A stretch of 59,915 nucleotides of DNA, filler included. It is 6 parts of 6 records of this genome, joined end to end, with 100 filler letters (N's around TTAATTAATTAA, not from the genome) between each part and the next. Parts side by side here need not be neighbours in the genome. Positions count along the whole stretch, not along the records: positions 29,325 to 41,663 come from SRR31156797_24104; 5 more parts are not named here. One strand, written 5' to 3'. The position numbers and the translations under genes are program-made. Within the stretch, counting starts at the first letter, position 1; the number at the start of each line of letters is the position of its first letter. The notes beneath the pieces are model-generated. The model was not told where the DNA came from. It saw only the letters and a program-made list of their open reading frames with translations, and did no database searches. This document shows, in pieces, positions 32,533-41,029 of the stretch.

Positions 32533-33204
32533 TTAAGAGTAAATGGACCGGAACTGGGGCCAGAGCCGATTGATCATCCGGTCGTTCATGGTGCGCTGGT
32601 TGATTTCCGCATAGTTCAGGGGAACGTCCCTGAACGGGCTCTTCTCGGTGACGCTGAGCCCCACGGCCATGGCAAACCCCGTGTCCTTTGGCAGAATCCC
32701 CATGGCCATGGCGGCGGCGCCGGCAGACCAGTAGACCCCGTAGTCGAGCCCAAGGTTATTGGCCTGGAACACCATGCCGTCCACGGCATAGGCGATGTTG
32801 GTGGCCCTGAAGGTGCACAGGGGGCCAGTGAAGGCCACATCCTCATCCTTGGGCAATTTTTCCTCCTCCTTGAGATATTCGCACACCAGTTTTCCGCACA
32901 TGTTACAGTTGATGTCGGCCGGATCCGTGAGACACCGGAGGGAGGTGGCGATGAGAAGGGAATCCGCGTCCCTCAGCATGGCGGCGTCCCGGCGAAAGAA
33001 CGCCCAGCTCTTTTTGATGCCGGCCATGGCGTCCATCTTCTGGCAGATATCCTCGATGTCGCAGGGATCGTCAAAGATATGGATGGTGCACTCCCCCACC
33101 CCGCCCACCCTGGGGGTGGTGGTTCCCGAGGCAAGGACAAGGCGGGAGGCGGCCTTCACCGCCTCCATCCGGTCAAGCTCATATTGTTTGATGCTGCGTT
33201 CCAT
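32533..33204 (-). CDS. DUF2148-like ferredoxin-motif protein (copy A)
   Basis: TTPRVGG, FFRRDA, NCNMCGKLVC...GPLCTF...LGLD...G.AA...LSVTEKSPF; AAGGAG RBS. Confidence 0.7.
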   Translation of the reverse strand: MERSIKQYELDRMEAVKAASRLVLASGTTTPRVGGVGECTIHIFDDPCDIEDICQKMDAMAGIKKSWAFFRRDAAMLRDADSLLIATSLRCLTDPADINCNMCGKLVCEYLKEEEKLPKDEDVAFTGPLCTFRATNIAYAVDGMVFQANNLGLDYGVYWSAGAAAMAMGILPKDTGFAMAVGLSVTEKSPFRDVPLNYAEINQRTMNDRMINRLWPQFRSIYS

Positions 33205-33215
33205 AGCGGTCTCCT

Positions 33216-33623
33216 TTAATCGATGGACAGGCCCTGGGACCGGGCCCAGTCCGGGTAAGCCTCATAGGCGGGTTTCAGGATGGGCAGAAGCTTCAACACC
33301 TTGGGCATGGGACCCTTTGCCTTGATCAGCCCCTTGGCCAGGGCCGTGGGCATGGGGATCTGCCGGAGCCAGAATTTGTGGCAGGTATCGCCGCTCAGGG
33401 TCATCTCCACCGTGGGCTTGATCCCCTGGCTGCCCCAGAGCACCTCCCCCCGTGTGCCGTCCCCGGGGGTGATGAACAGTTCGGAATTGGGATCGTGGAT
33501 GTTAAATTTGACGATGATGCCGGATGCGGCGAATTTGGGGCCGGCATCGGGATCGTCCAAAAGCTTTTCAAAAAGTCCGCCCAGCACTTCAACCATTTTT
33601 TCCTTTGTCTCGAATACAGCCAT
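33216..33623 (-). CDS. SCP2 sterol/lipid carrier domain protein
   Basis: 135 aa; P.VEMTLSGDT.HKFW...ALAKGLIKAKGPMPKVLKL is the SCP2 C-terminal pattern; AAGGAG RBS. Confidence 0.8.
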   Translation of the reverse strand: MAVFETKEKMVEVLGGLFEKLLDDPDAGPKFAASGIIVKFNIHDPNSELFITPGDGTRGEVLWGSQGIKPTVEMTLSGDTCHKFWLRQIPMPTALAKGLIKAKGPMPKVLKLLPILKPAYEAYPDWARSQGLSID

Positions 33624-33656
33624 TGTCTCTCCTTTCCTTGGTCATAAGGGTGATCG

Positions 33657-33786
33657 CCATGGTCAAATGGATGACCATGGGGCCCGGCAGTGGGGACCGG
33701 CGCCGTTTATGCCGCATGGGAACAACGGGTTCCCATGATACAGGTTCAGACAGGTTGAATGGCCCATGGGGGTGGAACCGGGCCAT
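33657..33786 (-). other. Multi-hairpin 5' leader of the SCP2 operon
   Basis: Stems CCATGGTCA/TGACCATGG (33657-33680), CATGGGAAC/GTTCCCATG (33715-33737) and ATGGCCC/GGGCCAT (33759-33786). Confidence 0.45.
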
Positions 33787-33824
33787 GTGTTCGATATCTT
33801 GTTCTCTTTTTGATGCGCTGCAAG

Positions 33825-33864
33825 TAAACCGACCGAGTCGACTATATTCCGACTGGCTGGTTTA
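33825..33864. promoter_or_regulatory. Imperfect inverted repeat, candidate TetR operator
   Basis: TAAACCGACCGAGTCG...CGACTGGCTGGTTTA, immediately downstream of the minus-strand -10. Confidence 0.55.
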
Positions 33865-33893
33865 TTTGTATTAACCAGGTTTTAAATTGTCAA
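33865..33893 (-). promoter_or_regulatory. Sigma70-type promoter for the SCP2 operon
   Basis: Minus strand TTGACA-N17-TACAAA. Confidence 0.5.
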
Positions 33894-33945
33894 GAACAAA
33901 TTTAATATTTCTCATTCAGTGAACCGGAATCAATACACCGCGATC

Positions 33946-33972
33946 TTGACATTTACGCCAGGGGGGTATAAT
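33946..33972 (+). promoter_or_regulatory. Sigma70-type promoter for the GNAT gene
   Basis: TTGACA-N15-TATAAT: perfect hexamers, short spacer. Confidence 0.5.
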
Positions 33973-34011
33973 CAGGCGACAAACCACACAACAGCCTGGA
34001 AAAGGAGAGAT

Positions 34012-34557
34012 ATGGTTACGATTTTGGAAGAAAAGAATGACCGGAACGTTCAGCCGACAGCAGCGCCCAAGGTAAAAATCGCCCCCTATTCCCCCGCACA
34101 TGGGGAAAAGGTGGTTGACCTCATTGTCGGAATCCAGCGAAACGAATTCAATATTTCCATCACCATCGACGATCAGCCCGATCTGTTGACGATCCCGGCG
34201 TTTTACCAGAAGGGCAAGGGCAATTTCTGGGTGGCCCTTGACAAGGACCGGGTGGTGGGCACCATCTCCCTTTTGGATATCGGCAACGGCCAGGCGGCCC
34301 TGAGAAAAATGTTTGTGGCAAAGGCGTACAGGGGGGCCGTGACGGCCACGGCCCCACAGCTATTGAACCGGGTCCTGGCCTGGTCCCGGGAGCAGGAAGT
34401 TGATGACATCTTTCTCGGCACCACCTCGAAATTCAAGGCGGCCCATAAATTCTACGAGAAAAGCGGTTTTCTGTTAATCCCCAAGGATCGCCTGCCCGAA
34501 AGCTTTCCCGTCATGGCCGTGGATACCCGGTTCTACCGGTACAGGGTCCGGGCCTGA
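34012..34557 (+). CDS. GNAT family N-acetyltransferase
   Basis: VVGTISL...LRKMFV...YRG, LGT...AAHKFYEKSGF; ATG 34012 after AAGGAG. Confidence 0.9.
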   Translation: MVTILEEKNDRNVQPTAAPKVKIAPYSPAHGEKVVDLIVGIQRNEFNISITIDDQPDLLTIPAFYQKGKGNFWVALDKDRVVGTISLLDIGNGQAALRKMFVAKAYRGAVTATAPQLLNRVLAWSREQEVDDIFLGTTSKFKAAHKFYEKSGFLLIPKDRLPESFPVMAVDTRFYRYRVRA

Positions 34558-34567
34558 GGCCCTAGGT

Positions 34568-35188
34568 TCACACCGGCCAGTCCCCTTTCATATGGGGCCG
34601 GAGGATTCCCAGGATCCCCTTTTGGAAGGTGTCCACGGCCCATTGGGAGGAGTGGGTCTCCCGGGCCAGGAACCAGCGGGTGGCAACCCCCTGGTAGACG
34701 GCGGAGATGGATTGGGCAGCGGCCGTGACATCCATGGGCGAGAACACCCCTTCAGCGATGCCCTGTTCCAGGGCCAGGCCCAACAGCTCTATCCAGTGGG
34801 TGATCCACACCTGGATCAGGGCCCGGTATTCCTCGTCATGGACCGCCAGGGCCATGCAATCCAGGAGAATGGGGTAGCCCACCATGGCATCGGGGTCCTG
34901 GTCATCATAAAGCCAGTCAAAGGAGAGCAGCTTGTCCATGGGATGGTCGTGGCGGGCCATGGTGTCACGGCTTCGCTGGAAGATGCGTTTGAAGAACTCT
35001 TCAAACACCGCGTCAAACAGCATCCGTTTGGTCTTGTAGTAATGGACGAGCCCGCCCTTTGACAGGCCCGCCGCCTTGCATACATCGTCCATGGTGACAT
35101 TGGCGCTTCCCTTTTGGGTCAATGTCTTGAGTCCAGCCTCAAGTATCTGCGCTTTTCTGATCGCTTCCAGTTCCGGTATGGGAGGCAT
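34568..35188 (-). CDS. TetR/AcrR family transcriptional regulator
   Basis: ILEAG...VTMDDVCKAAGLSKGGLVHYYKTK HTH; C-terminal LEQGIAEGVF. Confidence 0.92.
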   Translation of the reverse strand: MPPIPELEAIRKAQILEAGLKTLTQKGSANVTMDDVCKAAGLSKGGLVHYYKTKRMLFDAVFEEFFKRIFQRSRDTMARHDHPMDKLLSFDWLYDDQDPDAMVGYPILLDCMALAVHDEEYRALIQVWITHWIELLGLALEQGIAEGVFSPMDVTAAAQSISAVYQGVATRWFLARETHSSQWAVDTFQKGILGILRPHMKGDWPV

Positions 35189-35209
35189 TGTCTTTCCTTC
35201 TCTTTATGG

Positions 35210-35231
35210 GGGAGTCCGGCCGCGGACTCCC
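35210..35231. terminator. Hairpin between the HIT and TetR genes
   Basis: GGGAGTCCG-GCCG-CGGACTCCC, perfect 9-bp stem. Confidence 0.4.
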
Positions 35232-35284
35232 TTCGGGCGCATCGGTCTCTGTGCGCACCCTGATTGGATTTCCTCGCTTCGCTG

Positions 35285-35704
35285 CTACTTGATGGCGGCG
35301 CTGATCTTCTCCGCCCGCTCCTTGATCTCATCCATGTTGCCGGGCTTGATCTCCCAGGTGGCAATGGGCAGGTCGGGCTGGTCGACCCGTCTCGGCACCA
35401 GATGCAGGTGGTAGTGCATCACCTCCTGGTGAACCGCCCGGCCGTTGAGCTGCATGCAGGCGATGCCGTCCACATTCAGGGCCTCCTTGATTCCCTGGGC
35501 GATCTTCTTGGATGCCCGCTGCACGGCCAGCAGGTCTTCCTCGGATATCTCCCAGATGTTTTCGGCGTGGTTCTTGGGAATCACCAGGGTGTGGCCCGGT
35601 GAGATGGGGTTGATATCCTCAAAGGCAAACACCTTTTCATCCTCGTACACCTTGAAGCTCGGGATCTCCCCCTTGATGATCTTACAAAAAATACAGTCTT
35701 CCAT
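35285..35704 (-). CDS. HIT family (HinT-like) nucleotide hydrolase
   Basis: DCIFCKII, AFEDINP, GHTLVIPK and histidine triad HYHLH. Confidence 0.93.
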   Translation of the reverse strand: MEDCIFCKIIKGEIPSFKVYEDEKVFAFEDINPISPGHTLVIPKNHAENIWEISEEDLLAVQRASKKIAQGIKEALNVDGIACMQLNGRAVHQEVMHYHLHLVPRRVDQPDLPIATWEIKPGNMDEIKERAEKISAAIK

Positions 35705-35844
35705 TTGTCACTCCTTATGGGTTATTGATGTCAGGGTTCATTTCTTTTTTCAACAGGTAAAGCAGGCATGGATTCGAATGCAACCATCCATGGATGCTTC
35801 CCTTGTTAGTCGATTTCCCGCCCTTTATCAACAGATTATTTGCC

Positions 35845-38800
35845 TCACGGCTTTACCACCTTGACGGTGCTGGTCCCCCCGGACACGGGCACCACGTCGA
35901 TCTTGGCGGCAATGCGTTCCTTCAGGGCTTCCACGTGGGAGATGATGCCCACGGTCTTGCCGGAGGCGTTGAGGGTGTCCAGGGCGGCCAGGGCCGTCTC
36001 CAGGGTCTCGGTGTCCAGGGTGCCGAACCCTTCGTCCAGGAAAAGGGATTCGATGTTGGTGCGCTGGCTGGTGAGGTCGGACAGTCCCAGGGCCAGGGAG
36101 AGGCTCACGAGAAAGGACTCTCCCCCGGAAAGGTTTTCCGTGGGCCGGATCCTGTCACCGAAACAGGTGTCGATCACCGTGATGCCCAGGTCATGCTCCC
36201 GGCTTCGCTGAAGGCGATAGCGCCGGCTCAGCATGGCAAGGTAGGTGTTGGCCTTGCGGGTGAGCCGGTCCAGCGTAAGTCCCTGGGCGAATTTCCGGAA
36301 TTTTCCGCCATCCTGTTGGCCAATCAGCTGGTTCAGGCCGTTCCACCGCCGTGTCTCGGCCCGCTGGCGTTCCTCCTGTTCCAGGGTTTCCTGGTGCTCG
36401 GCGCACCGTTTCCGGTTCTCCTCGAGCTTGAACTCGTCCCCATGCTTCAGGCGGGTCAGCTCGGTCATGGTTTTGGCAAGGGCGGCCTCTTTCTCCTGGA
36501 GGGCCTCCATGGTCTCCTCGGTTTCCGGTTGTTTCACAAGGGCTTCAAGCCGTGCCTCGTTGTTCCGGGCCAGGGCCTCGAGTTTGATTCTCTGGTCATT
36601 AAGCCCCCTGGCAAGGGCTTCCAGCCGCCCGAGCTCCTCTTGGGAAAGGCTGGCCTTCAGGAAATCGCCCTCATGGGCAAAGCCCTCGGCTTGAATCCTA
36701 AGGTTAAACCGCTCTTCAAGGGTTGTGGCATGTTCCCCGGCGGCTTTCAGATCGTTTTCAGCAGTGGCGATCCCCGCTTGGGTGGCCTGGAGCCGGGCCT
36801 CGGTGCGGGTGATGGCCGTTTCAAGCTGGCCAAGCGCCTGCTGCCCCTTGGCCAGCTCGCGTTTAAGGCGCTCCCTGAGCCCTTTCAGCTCCTGTTCCAC
36901 CACATGGGGCTGATCCATCATGGATGCGGTCTCAAGACCGGCGTCCCGGGCTTTGTTTCCGCACTGCTCCCTGAGGGCTGCCAGGCCATTGCGCTTCGTT
37001 GTCAATTGGGCGGTGAGTCCTGTAATCTCCGTTTCAAGCCCGGCCGCCTGTTCCCTGAATTTTTCCGCCGTGGCAAGGGCGTTGGCAGCGTCAAGCTCGG
37101 CACGACTCCGTGCGTTCTCTTCCTGCCGGATCAACTTGTCCGCCCGGACCATGGCCTGGTTCAGCTTTCTCAGGGCGGCCAGGGCCTCCCCTGCCGCAGC
37201 CGCGGCCTGCCCGGCCTCGGCTCCATGGCGCTCCAGGGCCTGCCATTGGGACACGGGAAGGCTGATCCCGGTCTCTCCTGCCAGGATGCCGGCCTCCCTG
37301 CGGGCCCGGCCCTCCCCTGCCCCTTCCTCGGCGATCCGCGCGTCATGGTTCCTTATGGTGTTGACAAACTCCGCCCGCTGGGTCGCCAGGGCCTGCTTTT
37401 CCCTGTTGAGCCGGGCAAGGCCCGCCTCGGTTTCGGCAATGGCCTTTTGCGTGGCGCCGGTTTCTGGGACCGCCTCGGCAAAGGGATGATGGGTGGATCC
37501 GCAGAGGGGACAGGGCGCGCCCGGAACCAGTTCCTTTCGCTTCTCTTCCAGGCTGAGGATCTGAAGCTCGATCTCCCGGGCCGCCTTGAGATCCGTGAGG
37601 GATCTGGTGAGTTCCGCCTCCCTGTCGGCAAGGGGACCTTCTTTTTTAGATACCTGGTCCAGGGTTTCCTTGCAGTCCTTGACCTGGGCTTTGAGGGACG
37701 CGATCTTCCGGGATCGGTCGAATGCCTCTTTGGCCCGCTCCTTCTGTTTTTCAAGCAGCCGTTTCCGGTTCTCCAGCTGCCTTAAAGAGGCTTCAAGGGT
37801 GGTTTCATCCGCCTTGCCAAACCCTTTGGCAAGCTCACCCGCAAGCGTTTCCTTTTCCCCGACCCGATTTTCAAGTTTTTTTGTCAGGCCCGCCACCGTG
37901 TTCCGGCACGCCTGGGCCGTTCGTTCCGCCGTTTTGAGACGGGCCAGGGTGCTCTTCTTTTCCGTTGTTTTCCCGGCCAGCCGGGCCTCCTCGTTACCCA
38001 GTTCCCGGGCACGCTCCCGGATCAGGGGCAGCCGGCCCCCGATCTCCTCAAAGAGCGCCAGGCGGGTTTCAACGGTTTTTGCCAGGGTATCGACCCGCTT
38101 TGCATCCTGGCCGTGCCGTGTCTTCAGGCTGGTAAGCTCCCCGCTGATCCGGGGGACGGCCGCCTTGTCCGTGAAAATCCTCTTTTCAAGGGCGTTGCAG
38201 GCCTCCCTTGCGCCTGCCAGGGTGGCATGGTCCGCCGAAAAGGGAGCTGCCCTGCGCGCAAGCTGCAACCGTTCAAGGTCCGGGGCCGCCTGTTTTTCTC
38301 TCTGGGCAAGCTGTTCCAGGTCCTTCCCGCACTTGAGGGCCGTTTCCCTGCAGGCCGACACATCCGTGAGAAACTGCTTCTGCCGGACCAGGGCCTTGCG
38401 CGCCTGTTCGGCAAGGGTGATCTCCCCGTTCTTTTGTTCGATCCGCTCCCGGATCCCGTCGATCTCCTCCCCGGAGAGCAGGTTGAAATTGGCCAGGGTC
38501 TGCCGGATGGCCCCAAGCTTGAGCTCCTCCTCCTTGTTCCGTTCAAAGCATTTTCGGGAGATGAGGGAATAGATCCGGGTGCCGGTGATCTTCTCAAGGA
38601 GCACGGCCCGCTCGTCGTCGCTGGCCTTGAGAAAGGCGGCAAAATTGCCCTGGGCCAGGAGCATGGAGCGGCAGAACCGGTCGAAGTCCAGCCCCGTGAG
38701 CTCCTCCACCGCCCTGGGCACCTTGGATTTGGACGCGATGATGGCCCCGGTCTCCACATCGATGAGCTCCATGTTGGGCGGCTGGATCGCGCCGTCCGGC

Positions 38801-39108
38801 TTTTTACGCGCCCTGTGACGGCCGTACCAGGAGCGGTATTGCTTTCCGTTCACGGTAAAAGTCACCTCACTTGCGCACTCCCCCGTGTGGTGGGTCATGA
38901 GCTCCTCCATCTCCCCGGCCCGGGGAAGCCGGGGGGTCCTGCCGTAAAGGGCGGCGCACAGCCCGTCGAGGATGCTTGTCTTACCGGCGCCGGTGGGACC
39001 GGTGATGGCGAACACCCCGGCCTTGCCCGGGATGAACCGGTCAAAATCGATCAAAAAATGTCCCTTCAGGGAATTGATATTGGTCAGGGCTATAGTTAAA
39101 ATTCTCAT
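35845..39108 (-). CDS. sbcC: SbcC (Rad50-like SMC ATPase)
   Basis: Walker A GPTGAGKT, coiled coils, Zn-hook CPLCG, signature LSGGE, Walker B LFLDEGFG, ISH. Confidence 0.95.
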   Translation of the reverse strand: MRILTIALTNINSLKGHFLIDFDRFIPGKAGVFAITGPTGAGKTSILDGLCAALYGRTPRLPRAGEMEELMTHHTGECASEVTFTVNGKQYRSWYGRHRARKKPDGAIQPPNMELIDVETGAIIASKSKVPRAVEELTGLDFDRFCRSMLLAQGNFAAFLKASDDERAVLLEKITGTRIYSLISRKCFERNKEEELKLGAIRQTLANFNLLSGEEIDGIRERIEQKNGEITLAEQARKALVRQKQFLTDVSACRETALKCGKDLEQLAQREKQAAPDLERLQLARRAAPFSADHATLAGAREACNALEKRIFTDKAAVPRISGELTSLKTRHGQDAKRVDTLAKTVETRLALFEEIGGRLPLIRERARELGNEEARLAGKTTEKKSTLARLKTAERTAQACRNTVAGLTKKLENRVGEKETLAGELAKGFGKADETTLEASLRQLENRKRLLEKQKERAKEAFDRSRKIASLKAQVKDCKETLDQVSKKEGPLADREAELTRSLTDLKAAREIELQILSLEEKRKELVPGAPCPLCGSTHHPFAEAVPETGATQKAIAETEAGLARLNREKQALATQRAEFVNTIRNHDARIAEEGAGEGRARREAGILAGETGISLPVSQWQALERHGAEAGQAAAAAGEALAALRKLNQAMVRADKLIRQEENARSRAELDAANALATAEKFREQAAGLETEITGLTAQLTTKRNGLAALREQCGNKARDAGLETASMMDQPHVVEQELKGLRERLKRELAKGQQALGQLETAITRTEARLQATQAGIATAENDLKAAGEHATTLEERFNLRIQAEGFAHEGDFLKASLSQEELGRLEALARGLNDQRIKLEALARNNEARLEALVKQPETEETMEALQEKEAALAKTMTELTRLKHGDEFKLEENRKRCAEHQETLEQEERQRAETRRWNGLNQLIGQQDGGKFRKFAQGLTLDRLTRKANTYLAMLSRRYRLQRSREHDLGITVIDTCFGDRIRPTENLSGGESFLVSLSLALGLSDLTSQRTNIESLFLDEGFGTLDTETLETALAALDTLNASGKTVGIISHVEALKERIAAKIDVVPVSGGTSTVKVVKP

Positions 39109-40364
39109 GTCAGCTCCAGGTCCTCCTCGTCGATCATGGCGGTGATCTCCCTGAAGGCCAGGGTCATCTCCTCCTTCACCCCGGTTTCCATGGCCCCTTC
39201 CGCCTCCAGCCGTTTCTCGAACACCTCCTCCGGGGTGAAATGGGCAAGCTCCGCAGTACTGTCCATATCCTCCTCGTACAGGCCGGCCTGTGTTCTCAAG
39301 CGCTTGATGGCAAAGATTTCAAGGTGGGATCCCTCCACACTCAGATGAATCCGCTCCTCGGTGTCCGGCTGCCAGGTCTCGTTGTCCACGGAGATCTCCA
39401 CCCAGATGGTGGGGAAATCCCCCCCGGGGTCCCCCCCCTCGGCCTTAAGGGTTTCAAGGGCCCCAAGCACGTCATCCAGGTCGCCCTTGAGGACCCTCAG
39501 CCGCTGGAACTCAGGCACCTCCAGGGGCTGAATCTCCATATCGGCACTGCCCGATGCAAGGGTGATGGAGAGCACCTGTTTTTTGCTGCCCGCCTCGCTG
39601 AAGCTCAAGGGGATGGGAGAACCCGAGTACCGGACATGGTTCAGGCCCCCTGCGGTCTGGGCCCGGTGAAGGTGGCCCAGGGCCACATAATCAAAAACCG
39701 CCGGAAATTGGGAGACGTTGAACTTGTCAAGGCTTCCCACATGGATATCCCGAATATACTCCCCCTCCCTCACCTCGCCCCCCGCGGCAAAGAGATGGCC
39801 CGTGGCAATGACGGGTACGGGCCGGGACCGATCCCTTCCCTCCAAGGCTTTTTCGGCAACGGCCTCATAATGGACCTTAATCCCCAGGGCCAGGGCCTTG
39901 TTCTTCTCCTCATAGCTCTCCCCGGGAAGGGAGCGCCTTATGTCCCGGTCCCTGAGAAAGGGCACGGCGCAGACAATGGCCGAGGCCTGGCCCTCCCCGT
40001 CCCTGACCGTAATGACCTCCTCCCCCATATCCCCAGTGATGCCGCCGACCACATGGACGTCCATGGCCGCAAGGATCTCCCGGGGCGCGTTAAGGCAGGC
40101 CACGGAGTCGTGGTTTCCCCCGATGATGACGATCTTGCGGCAGCAGGTCCCGGCCGCCCGGGACAAAAAGCGGTAGTACATGGACAGGGCGTAGTTGGGA
40201 GGGGTGGCCGTGTCAAAGATGTCTCCCGCCACGATCAAAAGATCGATGGCCCTGGTTTCAATTGTTGCGAGCAGCCAGTCAAGAAAATGCTCGTGCTCCT
40301 TTTTTCTCTCCCTGAACATGAAGTTCTGGCCCAAATGCCAGTCCGACGTGTGGAGTATGTTCAT
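39105..40364 (-). CDS. sbcD: SbcD (Mre11-like nuclease)
   Basis: HTSDWHLG, AGDIFD, GNHDS, YVALGHLH, YSGSP..LSFSE; ATGA overlap with sbcC. Confidence 0.95.
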   Translation of the reverse strand: MNILHTSDWHLGQNFMFRERKKEHEHFLDWLLATIETRAIDLLIVAGDIFDTATPPNYALSMYYRFLSRAAGTCCRKIVIIGGNHDSVACLNAPREILAAMDVHVVGGITGDMGEEVITVRDGEGQASAIVCAVPFLRDRDIRRSLPGESYEEKNKALALGIKVHYEAVAEKALEGRDRSRPVPVIATGHLFAAGGEVREGEYIRDIHVGSLDKFNVSQFPAVFDYVALGHLHRAQTAGGLNHVRYSGSPIPLSFSEAGSKKQVLSITLASGSADMEIQPLEVPEFQRLRVLKGDLDDVLGALETLKAEGGDPGGDFPTIWVEISVDNETWQPDTEERIHLSVEGSHLEIFAIKRLRTQAGLYEEDMDSTAELAHFTPEEVFEKRLEAEGAMETGVKEEMTLAFREITAMIDEEDLELT

Positions 40365-40412
40365 TGATCATCACCCTGTCATTCATTTCCCGGTTTTCCG
40401 GATTTATAGCTC

Positions 40413-40520
40413 TCACGCTTTTCCCAACACCTCACCTTTACGGCAGGCGATCGCCCTTTCCAAAAGATGGGTTGCAAAGCTGTGACGGAATGTATGGGAA
40501 CGGATCTTTTTTCTCAACCT
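40413..40520 (-). pseudogene. Tyrosine recombinase (IntI/XerC-like) box II relic
   Basis: Reads KKIRSHTFRHSFATHLLER, decays to AIACRKGEVLG and stops before the catalytic Tyr. Confidence 0.6.
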
Positions 40521-40692
40521 AAAAATAACAAACAAAGAATTGAGGGGTGGGTATTGGGGCGGCCATGGCCCCTGGAGCCGGATTCTCCACTGCGCCATGG
40601 AATTACAGGAGCGTTGCATTCCATGCCAGAGTCCTTATTGTTAGGGAGAGGTATCGGTTATTTCAGTCCAACCCATATCCAAGGAGGATGTT

Positions 40693-40890
40693 ATGAGAAC
40701 TGTAAAGTGCGTTCCCCAGAGAATAGCCATCGTAATGCTTGCCGCGTTCATGCTGATCGGGGCCGCAGGGTTTGTGGTGCTCGCCTTTTCCTATCTTCCC
40801 ATGGTAGGATTTCTGGTGGCCATCCCCATGTTTGTACTGGCCATCTACATTCTTAGGCTGCGGTTGAACAAACAATGTGAAATCGTGTGA
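40693..40890 (+). CDS. Small two-TM membrane protein, unknown function
   Basis: Strong AAGGAGG RBS; 65 aa; two hydrophobic helices. Confidence 0.6.
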   Translation: MRTVKCVPQRIAIVMLAAFMLIGAAGFVVLAFSYLPMVGFLVAIPMFVLAIYILRLRLNKQCEIV

Positions 40891-40943
40891 GATGGAAAAA
40901 CAAGTGAAAACAGGCGCACCTGCGCCTGTATAGAATAAGATCC

Positions 40944-40986
40944 CAGGCATGCCGCCCGATCCTCCGGGAATCGGGCAGCATGCCTG
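40944..40986. terminator. 17-bp hairpin between convergent genes
   Basis: CAGGCATGCCGCCCGAT-N9-ATCGGGCAGCATGCCTG with one mismatch; a second hairpin ACAGGCGCA/TGCGCCTGT lies at 40910-40929. Confidence 0.5.
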
Positions 40987-41029
40987 CCAGGATCCAAGAT
41001 TATCCTTGTGGGCGCTTTCCGCGACCCAT

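Noticed and set aside
35794-39099. Long plus-strand ORFs (663 aa and two of 328 aa)
   Set aside because: Antisense to sbcC; expected from GC-rich codon bias.
35845-40364. SbcCD as a novel SMC-nuclease defence system
   Set aside because: Canonical sbcD-sbcC order with all standard motifs and no accessory defence genes.
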